From contig NW_027117354.1 of NCBI RefSeq assembly GCF_038025025.1, forward strand, positions 124,001-188,000: 64,000 bases of DNA, read 5' to 3'. Below the pieces are notes generated by a model, which did not search any database, had not been told where the DNA came from, and saw only the letters and a list, made by a program, of their open reading frames with translations. The position numbers were made by a program, and so were the translations under genes. Each line of letters starts with the position of its first letter. Positions within the stretch are counted from its first letter, which is position 1. The stretch comes from Phyllosticta citribraziliensis (Eukaryota). Positions 37,067 through 49,089 of the stretch are shown piece after piece.

Positions 37067-38173
37067 GTTTGCGTGTCGACGGAACGGTTCCGTGTAGTCG
37101 GCAAGCCGAGGAGCAGAGTGTAGAGGGACGGGAGGTTTGTGAAATGACGTCGAGAATTGGGTGAGGTGGGCCGGAGAGCAGGGTCCACCGAGCTGTGGCG
37201 CAGGCACGCATTGTGGCATCACTCCAACAAGAGAATCGACTAAGAGGCGCTACTGCAAGACCACCAAACGGAACACGGCACAAGCAACTTCAAACGCCGT
37301 TCGCAGCTGTCTGTGCGACATTGCTCGACGCCAGACTGACTTGTCGAGGCTACTTGGCGGGCGAGCTGCCAATACATTGATTGCGGGATTTGGTCCGGGT
37401 AAATGGTTAAGCATGTCAAGTCGCCATGTTTGAAGTTGCGGGAGGCGAGACGGCGTTCCTGGATGCATAGCGTCAGCGGAGCGGCGCGAGTTGGGCGTTG
37501 AGTATGTAGAGACGGTTTTGTGGCTGTGTGCTGTAGTATTCGCACGCATTTCGTCATGGCAACAACCTGGCGGTTTCAGCCTTACAGAGAGCGAGAGGGA
37601 CGTAATCGTGTGGGCGATTGACAAGGCTTTGCTCGCTGGTCTCCTGGATCATCCCAGCATCAAACCAATAGCAGAGATGGAAATGTTGCTGCCTGTTTCT
37701 GAACTAGTCGCAGCAGCTCCAAAATTAGATCCTAGTCAGCACTGTGGATGGACGTTGGTGTTGGTCTCTACAGTAGTTGACTAGATTCGGCCCGGCACCA
37801 TTGTTGGTCAGAGGCGAAGCAAGTGGAGACATGGCAAAGGCATGGCGAATGGCTCGGTGATGCCGTCGGGTCTGAAGAGTAAAGACGTCGAGACGGCTAC
37901 GCCACAGGATGAGGCTGTGCCTGAATCCTGAGAACAGACCGACGGAGCACTGAGGGTTGTCCGTGGAGCGCTGGAAGTTGACGCTGAGTGTAGTCAAGAG
38001 GCGAGAAGACGAGAGGACGAGAAAATGGGAGAACGAGAAATCGGACATGAGGAATAAAACATGTTCACTATTGGTTGCCAGGACACGGTGATGCAGTAGC
38101 AGTGGAGGTCAAGGCACGCGTCACCGCCTAGTTTCAGATCCCCGCCCGCCGCACAGCACCACAACAGCCTCTT

Positions 38174-38199
38174 TGCCTTGCCTTGCCTTGCCTTGCCTT
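38174..38199 (+). repeat. (GCCTT)5 microsatellite upstream of the chitin synthase gene
   Basis: tgccttgccttgccttgccttgcctt read directly. Confidence 0.85.
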
Positions 38200-38431
38200 C
38201 ACGCTTTTGGTTGCTACGGTACGCACAACATCTCGGCTCGCTTTTATGCTTGCAGCTGCATGCCGCGTCGCAACCTTTTCACCTCCACCTTACGCCTACC
38301 CTCCACCACCAACCAATCTGAAACTATTCAGTCGATCCATCCCAAACTCTATCTGAGGTCGTGCCAACACCGCACCCCTACCTGGCCTCCGCCTCCTTGC
38401 TCATCTCCGCAAAGCTGCTCATTCGCCCACC

Positions 38432-41400
38432 ATGTACAACCGCCTGGGTATGTGAATCACTCCTAGTGCACCCGCCGTCGTGTCCCAATAGCGTCGCCTA
38501 GCTCATCCCACGCCAACTTCTCAAGCCAACTGGTCATTTGCTCATCAACACAGGCCCCGCGGCAAACCGCCAGGACGAAGACGAAGAATACGGCTACGAC
38601 AACATGGACCCTCACAGGAGACCCGGCCCGCATCGCACTCCCTCGCCCGGACATCCTCTACAAACATACCAACTCCAAGACAATCCGTACTCGGCGCCTC
38701 TCGAGATTCCCATGGGACCTGGTCCTGGCCCAGGAACTCCAGGTGATCGTTTGCAAGGCCAGCCCACCGTGAGTCGACTCGAGCCCAGTCGCGACTAAGC
38801 TAATTGTCAGTTTTCGGTCGAAAACATCCAAAACACCTACGGCCACAACGAGGCATACGAGGCAGACAACAGGTACTCTCCCGCCTACGGGGTCCACGAT
38901 TATGCCATCAATCCCTCGGCGCATCACGACGCGTACGGAAACACCGCCTACAACCCCGACGATGCACAATACTATCAGGATGAAGCGGACAACAGGCCCA
39001 TGTTGCAGCCTCAAACCTCGTACCCGCCAGCGAGCGCATTGAGCCCCAGCGTTGAGAGCGCGGGCGGCTATTTTGACGACATGCCAAAACCCACACCAAG
39101 CCCTGCGCCAATCCGTAGGTGGAAGACGGTCAAGGAGGTGCAGCTGTTCAACGGCAACCTCGTTCTCGATTGTCCCATTCCTCCGCGTCTCCTCAATCAA
39201 GTCCCCCACGCTCAACCGCCCGAGCGCGACGAGTTTACCCACATGAGATACTCGGCAGCTACCTGCGATCCGTCCGAATTCTACTCGGAGCGCTTCACCC
39301 TGCGCCAGCGCCTCTTTGCAAAGCCGCGTCATACCGAACTCTTCATCGTCATTACAATGTACAACGAGGAGGACGAGCTGTTTGCGCGCACCATGATTGG
39401 CGTGATTAAAAACATCGAATTCATGAATTCGCGGACTAACAGCAAGACGTGGGGCAAGGATGCTTGGAAGAAGATTGTCGTCTGTGTTGTGGCCGACGGT
39501 CGTGCCAAGATTCACCCTAGAACGAGGGCTGTTTTGGCCGGTATGGGCGTTTACCAGGATGGAATCGCCAAGCAGACGGTCAACGGAAAAGACGTGACGG
39601 CCCACATTTACGAGGTAGGTCATTTTTGATTCTTGGCTGTGCTGGACTAACAAGACAGTACACGTCGCAAATGTCGCTTGAAATCAAAAAAGGAGTCGTC
39701 AATGTCAAAAAAGGCAACACGCCCATTCAGATGCTCTTCTGCCTCAAGGAAAAGAATCAGAAGAAAATCAACTCGCACAGATGGTTCTTCCAGGCGTTTG
39801 GCAGCGTCTTGGATCCCAACATCTGCGTCTTGATCGATGCTGGAACCAAGCCCGGCAAGGACTCCATCTACCAACTCTGGAAGGCCTTTGATCTGGAACC
39901 CATGTGCGCCGGCGCTTGTGGTGAAATCAAGGCACTACTGGCCCACGGAAAGAAGCTGCTGAACCCGCTGGTTGCGACGCAAAACTTTGAGTACAAGATG
40001 AGCAACATTCTGGACAAACCTCTCGAGTCGGCCTTTGGATTCATTTCCGTCTTGCCAGGTGCTTTCTCTGCGTACCGCTACGTGGCTCTGCAAAATGACA
40101 AGACCGGTAGTGGTCCGCTGGAAAAGTACTTTGCTGGCGAAAAGATGCACGGTGCCAATGCAGGCATCTTCACGGCCAACATGTACCTCGCCGAGGACCG
40201 TATCCTCTGTTTCGAATTGGTCGCCAAGCGCAACTGCCACTGGATCTTGCAATACGTCAAATCTGCCAATGGCGAGACTGATGTGCCGACTGAAATGGCC
40301 GACTTCATCATGCAGCGTCGTCGTTGGCTCAACGGTTCCTTCTTCGCCGCCATTTACGCCATTGCTCACGGACTGCAAATCTTCCGCAGTGACCACTCCT
40401 TCATGCGCAAGATGATGTTCTTGGTCGAGTTTACCTACCAGTCCATCAACATGATTTTCGCCTGGTTTGCTCTCGGCAACTTTTTCCTGGTCTTCCGCAT
40501 CCTCACCCAGTCGCTCGGCAACAAGGACTTGCTTGGAAAGGTGGGCAACATTCTGGCTGCAGTCTTTGAATGGGCCTACATTGCCATTGTCATCACTTGT
40601 TTCGTCCTGGCTCTCGGAAATCGTCCTCAAGGCTCCAACAAGCTGTACATGACCATGGTGTACTTTTGGGCCCTGATCATGACCTACCTCATGTTTGCCA
40701 CCATCTACATCACGGTCATCTCGGTGCAAAAGGAGCTCAAGGAGGGCTTCTCGGTCGCCAAGCTCTTCACCAACACCGTCTTCTTCACGCTCATCGTCTC
40801 CATGGCGTCGACCTACCTGCTCTATTTCGTGGCGTCCTTCATCTTCCTCGATCCCTGGCACATGTTCACGTCCTTCTTCCAGTACCTCCTCATGACGCCC
40901 ACGTACATCAACATCCTCAACGTCTACGCCTTCTGCAACACGCACGACATCACGTGGGGCACCAAGGGCGACGACAAGCCCGAGAAGCTGCCCTCGGTCA
41001 CGACCAAGCCCGGCGGCAAGGTCGACGTGGCCGCCCCCACCGACGACCACGACCTCAACACGCAGTACGAGCAGGAGCTCCGCGTCTTTGCGACCAAGTA
41101 CGTCGAGCCCAAGAAGAACCCCTCGGCCGCCGACAAGCAGGAGGACTACTACAAGGGCTTCCGCTCCGTCGTCGTGCTCGTGTGGATGTTCTGCAACCTG
41201 GCGCTGTGCGCCGTCGTCCTCGTCACCGCCGGCACCGACGCCAGTCTCAGCACGGGCGGCTCCTCGTCGTCGTCCAGCGGCAGCAGCAGCGGTAGCGGGA
41301 ACCAAAAGCGCCAGACCGACTCTGGCAGCAGTGGCAGCGGCAGCAGCAGCGGTGACAGTTCGAGTGATTCTAGCTCCTCCGGTGGCACGGAGAAGGAGAA

Positions 41401-41567
41401 GCGCGCCAAGATTTACATGATGGTCGTCCTGTGGAGCGTGGCGGGCCTCAGCGCTTTCCGCTTTATCGGCGCCGTGTGGTTTTTGATTGTGCGCATGGTG
41501 AGTTTTCTACCTGACCCCTTTGCGTGTGTGGATTTGGCTGACGACGCGACAGTTCCGCGGTGTGTAA
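38432..41567 (+). CDS. chsC: Chitin synthase class I (A. nidulans ChsC type), five exons
   Basis: N-terminus [77 protein letters not shown]-terminal transmembrane helices. Last exon FRGV* at 41553-41567. Confidence 0.95.
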
Positions 41568-41811
41568 GAGAGCGGAGACAAAAGAGCGCGGAGCGCTGCT
41601 TAATTGACGAAGCTGACGCTGTAGCTGGTCAAGTGCTCGTGGTTCATTGCATACTAGATTCCCTCTTCCCTTTTTTTCTCCCCCCTTCCTGTCTTGCTTG
41701 CCTTTGCTTTCCCTTTCTTCCAATCCTTTACTTACGTCCTCACGTCTGCCCTTCCTCGCCCTCCCTCCCTCCTTTTTTCTCTTCCTTCTCTTGTTTCTTG
41801 TTATGCTATGT

Positions 41812-41816
<5 letters not shown>

Positions 41817-41844
<28 letters not shown>

Positions 41845-42012
41845 TCTCTCTTCTCCTTCTTCTCTTGACACGCAGCGCTCGAATGAATGAATGCTTTGTT
41901 TGCTTGTTTGGTTTGGCTGGTTGGTTGGCTGGTTGATTTGGTTGACTGTTTGATGAATGGATGGATGGATGGCTGTTGGGTTGGTTGGACGGTTGTTTGA
42001 ACGGTTGGTTAG
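41817..42012. repeat. Poly-C tract (about 26 nt) plus GGTT/GGAT/GAAT microsatellites between convergent genes
   Basis: C-run at about 41818-41844 and tetranucleotide repeats at 41880-42010. Confidence 0.85.
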
Positions 42013-42199
42013 CTGGGAGGGAGGGTTGGACCCCACAGCTGTTGTTCTTCGTAGTAGCCGTCGAGGTGTACTGGTGGTTGGTGGTGTGGTGTATAGTAAA
42101 TACATACATACATGCATTCGACACTTGCTACACTTGCTACGCTTGGTTCTTCTGGCTGTACAGACGTGTGTATGTACGCGACTCTCCTCACCCATCTCC

Positions 42200-45100
42200 T
42201 CACCCACCGCCACCATCATCGCCGCCTCGACCATCGTTATCGCCTTCGACTTTGACCGCCGCCGCCGCCGCCGCCGCCGCAGTCCCTGTGCCTTTCTCAA
42301 GTCCTCTCCTGCCGCCAGTCTTCGCTCTCCTTGTCTGCGTCTGTTTCCCGCTACCCTGCCTCTCCCCCGCAGCCTCGGTACTGATGCCAACGTCCGCCTC
42401 TCCCTCTGCGTCTGCGTCTGCGTCTGCGTCTGCATCCTCCCCGGACGCACCACCAGCGGCAGCACTCGCGGCAGCAGCAGCATCAAACCACTCCATGCCC
42501 ACCCCACCCCCAGCGCCCAGCATATCCGGCAGCGGCAAATACTGCAGCCACGGGACGCCGACGCCGGCGAAGCCAATACCACCTCCCACACCTCCATTGC
42601 CACCACCACTAGCGGTACCAGCAGAAGCAGAAGCAGCGTTGCCCGCAGCAGCAGCGGGACCAGCGCCACCATGCACGAACTCGCCGTTAGTACCCCACAC
42701 GCCGATTCCGAGGGCGCTCATATCAATATCCTGACTCTCGATCATGAGCGAGTCGCCAAAGAAGTACGATCCAGCGCCCGACGGCGAAGAAGCCGCGCGG
42801 TGGTGGTGGTGCTGCGATTGCGGCTGCGGCTGCGGAGACGACGAGGACGGCGCGCGCTGCTGGTGGAGCGGAGGCTGCGCGAAAACGTTGTGCTGGGGGT
42901 GGGGGTGCGGGTGGTGATGGGCGTGGGCGGAGGGGGAGAAGGGGGCGGTAGGCGACTGGTGCGCGCCATTATGTCGAGGCGGCGAGGCGCCGGGGAAGGG
43001 CGAGTGCAGGTTCAGCAGGAGGTCGGCGTCGGAGACGAGGGGCGTGGCGGCGGCGTGGTGGTCTGCGAGGTGGAAAGGCTGCGGCTGGCGGTTCGAGGGC
43101 GGCGGGTGCATTCCTGGTGGTGGGCTGAACATGGCGTGCGTGTTTGCTGCGACGGGTGCTTGACTTTGGCTCATCAGCCGCGACGACGACGACTGGCTGG
43201 CCATGACAGACGAGATGGAGCCCATGTCTTGCGAGCGGCGGTGTTCGCGGTTTTCCGTTGGATACAGGACCGCGAGGCTGGTGCTGGGCGAGTTCATGGT
43301 GCCCGTAAGAGACCAGCCGATTGCTGTGTCTGTCAGTTGCTGACTACACTTTACTGGACGGAGAACAAACCTTGACCTTCCATTGGCGACCCAGCTTGAT
43401 TTGCCTTTTCTCCAGTCGGCGCAACATACGCGCCCCACGACAACTTGCGCCGCCAGCCAGGCGTATTGAAAGAAGGTTCAGGCCGCGGCACCTCCAGCGC
43501 CGACTCCATTTCCTCCCGCGTATACAACAGCGGATCCAACACGCCCTTTGCCTTTTGGTCGAGAACGGTCAAGATATATTTTGTGCCGGCCCAATACTGC
43601 TCCAACGATTGCAGCGCCCGGTAGCAGCGTTGGTAGTTTGCATTGGCCGCGCTGGCAAGAAGCGAATGCCTCATTTGCTTGTCAGTCTTGCCGCGCGCTC
43701 CATTATACTCGGGCGTTGGAGGATCCGGCGGCGAGGCATGTCTGGAATGCGGGTTGGATGACGCCGACTGCAGTGCACTCTCCTTGAGAAAAGCACACGC
43801 AGCAATGTAAATGGGTTGACTGCAAAGTTAGCTATTGCAATACTGCTCGGATTGCCGCGACCCACCTCGTAAAAGGATTCCCAAACCCCGCCCTATTCAC
43901 GTCGGCCAGCTCGGCAAAAGCCAAAATATCCGCAATAGTCTTTGCAGACGACATGCTCAACTCATGGCTGTTTGGGAGCAGCTGCTGAATCTCGCCCTCA
44001 AACGTCTTGAGCAACGTCGGCTCATGCAACAAAACAATGAGCGTGTGGAACCAAAAATGCAGCAGGATAAAGTTCGTGCCTTGCCCCGTGCGCAGGTAAT
44101 GCTGGAAGTTCATGACGCTAAAGTGCAGCCGCGACGACAGGTTCTGGTAGATTTCGGTCAACAGGCTTTCCATCGAGCCCAGCTGCTTGATGACTTCGGG
44201 CGTGACGTGCGAGACGGCCTTGATGTCGTTGAGAATGTCCGTCACGCGTCCATACAGGTGGATGACGCGAATCAGGGCGGGAAGAGGGAGCGGATCTCCT
44301 GACCGATCAATCGTGTCCAGCGACGGAAAGGCCAGTTCAATGTCCTTGTCCCTGATGGACACGGGCCGGCCTGTGCCGGACGAGACGACGCGATCCAGAA
44401 AAAAGACTGACCAGAAAGTGTCGACTCGTTCTCGCTCGACAGCGCGCAGCTCCTCAATGGCTTGCAAATCTTTTGGAGTCTCTGGAGAGGCGCCCGTCGT
44501 CTCACGCTCTCTGCGTTTTTTAGACACACTCGCAGGCGTCTGGCCGACTCGACCCTCGTACTTGAGGCCCTGCAACGTCTGCATGCCCAAATCTTGCGCC
44601 ATGCGAATGGCAATGCCAAGATACATCCACAAACCAGAATCGCGGCTAGCGCCGAATTCGTCATAAGCCAACAGCAGAGCAGCCTGGACGACGGCAATGC
44701 TTGGACACGCAAAGGTATCTGCAATGGCCGACTTGGCCCTCTGAGCAAAGGCTTGACCTCGTTCAGACGGCGCACAATCGTCTCCGCGACCCCTGGTCAA
44801 CAAAGGATCGCTGGAAAACCTGGCAGCGAGAGCGCAGACGGCATCCACAAGAATGGCGTCAACCTGCTTTTCTTCCAAATCGCGCATGAAGCGCTCCTCC
44901 TGCAGAAACGGAAAGTTGCAGCCGAGATGCCTGAAAAAGGTCTTGCAGAGTTGTGTAATCAACGGCGGCGGCGGGACGGAAGAAGTGTCGTACATGGGGA
45001 TCTCTGCAGGGGAAGGCGTCTCGGTGGGTTGCTGGGGGGTTGCACCGCGTATGGAGAGGGGAGGCGGCGATGAGAGGCCTTGAAAAGGTTGGCATTCGAC

Positions 45101-45617
45101 TTGCACGATTGAACGAGACGTACCATCCGTGGATGTGCCCGTGGCGCTATGCTGTTTGCCCTTGACCTTGACAACCATTTGTTTGAAGCCCGGCATGATG
45201 GCGGTTGGGCCAAAGTAGCGAAAGTAGGGCATGCGATTGCGGATGCTGAGGCTCAAGGCGTGTCCTAATCTGTTAGCACGTGGAATCACAACCTGGAGAT
45301 GTCTCACTCGAACTACCGTCATCCTCGGGACTTGTATCCAAGTTTGGGTCAATGTTGGAGGGTGGCGCGGGTGGCTGCGTCTGCTTTGGCGTAGGAGGAG
45401 GTTTGGGAGTTTCTTCCTGGCCGTAGCCGCCGCAGCTGTGGTTGTTTTTGAGACAGGTTTCGCACGAGGGGCGTTCGCCAGAGCAGCGAGTTTTGCGACG
45501 GCGACATGTCAGGCAGGCCGAGTTGATTCGCCGGCGTTTGGCATAGGGACCGTCGGTGTTTGTGACGAAGCGAATGGCCTTTGGTTGCGGCAAGGGAGAA
45601 AAGGTGTCGTGATCCAT
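42200..45617 (-). CDS. Zn(II)2Cys6 transcription factor with fungal-specific TF (middle homology) domain, multi-exon
   Basis: ACLTCRRRKTRCSGERPSCETCLKNNHSC binuclear cluster, RMPYFRYFGPTAIMPGFKQMVV, WMYLGIAIRMAQDLG, ERVDTFWSVFFLDRVVSSGTGRP, and a low-complexity C-terminus. The 3' exon structure is approximate. Confidence 0.92.
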
Positions 45618-46233
45618 GCCGAGCGAGCTTGAGGAGACCGGACGGAAGCAAAGTCTGCCGCGCGCGGCGGACCGGCGGCGCAGGGCAGGGCAGACTAGGA
45701 GGGCGAAAATGGAAGGAGCCGCGAGGGTCGACGATGGGGTTGTGGGGGTGGGAGTGGGTTCAGCGGCGACAGAGTCATTGTAGGTCAATCAGGGCCGTGG
45801 TGGGCTTGAGCGCGACGTAGAGGGATCATGGAGCGCGGCGTGGCGAGGGCATTCCTGGCCACGGCGGTGGGTGTCGTGAGGTCCCGTCGGGTGGGTGCGG
45901 TGGAGAGCTGCGTTCGTCCGGCTCGTGTCCCGCCCCCAGACAGACAATGACAGTCAATGCCATGCATGGAAACTTCCATGAATCATCCGACCGGATCATG
46001 CATGTCCATCCAATGTCAGCGGCCGTGGTACGACAGATGGTGTGCGTCGGCCAGGGCAGTCGTGGTGTCTACATGTACCTACTGTCACTACTGGCTACCC
46101 CAGCGTGGAGTCCCCGGCCGCTGGACCCCGCGCCTCGAAACGACGTCTCCGACCCGATGGCCCAAGCCCAAGCCCAAGCCCAAGGCGGTCAAGCCAACCT
46201 GCACTACACGACACACAATTCCACCTCAACACC

Positions 46234-47333
46234 ATGGAAATGTCCACGTCCCTCCTTCGCTGCTCACGCCGTCTCCGGCCCGCCGTGCGCTGCCTGCACT
46301 CGTCGCGTCCCGTCCCCGCAAACCCTCTCCCCCATCCCACCACCCCCGGTCCTCCCCCCGGGCCCCCCAAGCCCGCCGCGTCCACGCCCCAGGAACGCGT
46401 CGCCCGCAAGCAACAGCAAGCCGAGCTGGTCAAAAAGGGCCAGGAGCTCCGAAAGCCCACCTCGGCCCTCAAGAAGCGCTTCTGGAGCAACGTCCACGTC
46501 AAGCAAACCCCAGGTGCGTTTTTTCGTTGTCGGCCTGAAAATTGGTCTGACGCCTGGGCTCAGATGGCCTCCAAATCCTCCTCGACTCCCGCCCCGTGCG
46601 CACCCCGTCCAAGGACGTCCTGACCGTCCCCGCAAACAAGCCCCAGCTCGCCGCTGCCATTGCCCTCGAGTGGGACTTGCTCGTCAATGCCCAGCAGGCC
46701 CTCAAACAGCACTACATCCCGCTGACCTCGTTGACGTCACGCGCGCTGGACATACAATTGGCGGATGAAAATGGCGACAAGAGCCTTCGCGACGGCATTG
46801 TGAGCATGGTTCTGCGCTACTTGAGCACCGACACGCTGCTGTGCTGGGTGCCCGAAAAAGACGTGCACGACCCGGCCGGCGTCAACGACAAGGGCGAGAG
46901 CCTGCGCCAGGTCCAGATGCGCACCGCGCAGCCCATCATCCGTTTCCTCGCCACCCAGCTGTGGCCCGGCGTCGAAATCAAGCCCATCCTCGAGACCGAC
47001 AGCATCATGCCCGTCGAGCAGCCGCAAAACACGGTCGAGGTCATCCGCGGGTGGGCCTCGACGCTGCCCGCGTACGAGCTTGCTGGCTTGGAGCGCGGCG
47101 TCTTGGCCAGCAAGAGCTTGCTCGTGGCCAGCCGGCTGTTGGTCGATTGGAGTCCGCAATTCGCCCATTTGCGGGCTGCGTCTCGCTTTGGCATTGAGGA
47201 GGCGGCGGAGGCCAGCACGCTCGAGGTCAGCTGGCAGACGGGCATGTGGGGAGAGGTGGAAGACACGCATGATGTAGACAAGGAAGACGTTCGACGGCAG
47301 CTGGGAAGCGTCGTCATCTTGATTAGCGGGTAG
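46234..47333 (+). CDS. ATP12: Atp12, mitochondrial F1-ATPase assembly chaperone
   Basis: Arg/Ser-rich mitochondrial presequence, LKKRFW, LLDSRPVRTP, AIALEWD, PLTSLTSRALD, YLSTDTLLCW and WGEVEDTHDVD. Intron 46514-46563. Confidence 0.95.
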
Positions 47334-47378
47334 ATTTAACTGTGCCAATCTAGAATTCGGCTGCTGCCATCAACATCG

Positions 47379-48395
47379 CTAGGCATAAGGCGGATCCGCG
47401 CCGCGAAGTCGGGGGATGCGATAGGTGAGATGCTTTCCCAATGCCTTGACGACGACGGGATTGTACCGCTCCAGCTTGCCGTCGCGCTGCTCAAACGCAT
47501 CCAGCAGCGTCGCCAGCCTGACGGCCAGCTGCACGGCCTCCAAGTTGGCCTCAACCAGGCCCCTCACACCCTCACTCACGCCCTCCCAAACCTCATCCCA
47601 GAAGGCCCTCTCGGCCTGCTCAAATTCGGGCGGCATGTAAAACTCGCCCTCAGAGTACTCGCCCGCCAGCGTATGGATGCGGCCAAAAGCCATGCCGAAT
47701 GGCAGCGGCGTCGACAGCTCCCAATCAATGAGGCCCGAGACCTCGCAGTGCTCGTCCAGCATCATGTTGACCTCGTTCAGGTCGAAGTGCGTCACCCAGA
47801 GCGGCAGCACCTTGAGCGCATCGAGGCTGGCCAGCAGATGGCGCGTCGTGTCGTCAAACTGGCGAATCTGCGCGTCGCTGCTCGACAGGAGCAGCTCCAG
47901 GTGCGGGCGCAGCGTGTCGTCGACTACTTTTGCTGTGTCGCCTTCGACGAGACCGCGGGAGAGTACGCGGCCTAGCGATTTGTTGGCCGTCACCAGCTTG
48001 TTTGGAGGATCGGGGCCCCGCATGGCGTCAAGCCACATCTTGCCCGGCATGCACGTCATCCGATACGCAAAAATGGCATTGTCGTCGAGCTCCTTGTCGT
48101 GGAGGAGTTCAATCTCGGGGACCACGGACCCAAGCGTGCGGCGGGCGAGGTGAAAGCATTCGAGGTCCAGTGCCTCGAGGCGGAACTGTATCACGACCTG
48201 GTCTCCGTCTTCAAGCGTGACGATGACGGTGCGACTGAAGAAGCCTTGGAAGGGGCCCTGGAGCTGTGGAGCGTTGGCTTTGATGGTGGCCAGGCCTGTG
48301 CAGAGGGTGGCCAGCTCGCGGGCCTTTTTGGCTTGTTTTGTGGGCGTGTTGAGGCATTTGGGGAGGTCCTTGTTGGATTCGATGGGCAGGGACAT
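47379..48395 (-). CDS. Aminoglycoside phosphotransferase (APH)/kinase-like family protein
   Basis: QGFFSRT loop, Brenner-type THFDLNEVNMML and GLIDWE motifs; intronless. Confidence 0.8.
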   Translation of the reverse strand: MSLPIESNKDLPKCLNTPTKQAKKARELATLCTGLATIKANAPQLQGPFQGFFSRTVIVTLEDGDQVVIQFRLEALDLECFHLARRTLGSVVPEIELLHDKELDDNAIFAYRMTCMPGKMWLDAMRGPDPPNKLVTANKSLGRVLSRGLVEGDTAKVVDDTLRPHLELLLSSSDAQIRQFDDTTRHLLASLDALKVLPLWVTHFDLNEVNMMLDEHCEVSGLIDWELSTPLPFGMAFGRIHTLAGEYSEGEFYMPPEFEQAERAFWDEVWEGVSEGVRGLVEANLEAVQLAVRLATLLDAFEQRDGKLERYNPVVVKALGKHLTYRIPRLRGADPPYA

Positions 48396-49089
48396 GGTGA
48401 GATGGTGGAGAGCTGTCTCTGAGTTGTGTGTAGAGACGTCCGTCAAGTCATTCCTATCTATGGTATGTGGGCTGAATCTGTGCCGTATGCAGGCCTTGTG
48501 TCACAAAGAATGTCGTCCATGTCCGCCGAGGTCGCTGGGATTCTGTAAATCATTAGCACGTAGAAAGTGAGTGAGCAGGCACCGTCTGCCCACATAGGCA
48601 ATCGACTTGGATTGATCATTCTGTTTGTGGACGTCTGGAAGCGTGTCTGGTGGTGTTGAAGCCCGGCTGGGGTGCGATGGGAGAGAAAGAGAAGGAGATG
48701 GCGTATAATGCATCCAGGGTGTCACAGTGTCGCCAGATATCGCCAGTGCCGGAATAAAGAAAACGAAAGGAAGCGGAACAGGCTGATGTAGTCCGCAAAT
48801 CCGATGGTCGACGGCTCGACGCGTCGACTTGGCTCCCGCTGGCCCGGGCGCTAGCTGTGAGCTGGCCGCTGCAACGGACCACGAGGGCAGGGCAGCATTC
48901 CAACAGCAAACCCATTCCAGACACCCGCCTTGCCTCACCACACCCTCCGCGTGCAGACTAGACGCTTCGCCTCCTTCGCTGCCGCCTTGTGCAAGCGTCG
49001 GCGTTGCGCGCCTGTCCGGCCTCCCGTCGTTGGACTACTCACAAACCCCTGTCAAGCCGCTGACCTACTTTCAACATAAGCTACGTGAC

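Noticed and set aside
41498..41815. C-terminal tail of the 729-aa chitin synthase ORF
   Set aside because: Read-through of the final intron and 3' UTR; the spliced end is FRGV* at 41567.
39935..43375. 456-aa antisense ORF over chitin synthase and 472-aa ORF antisense to the transcription factor tail
   Set aside because: Stop-poor mirrors of GC-rich and low-complexity coding sequence, with no domain signal.
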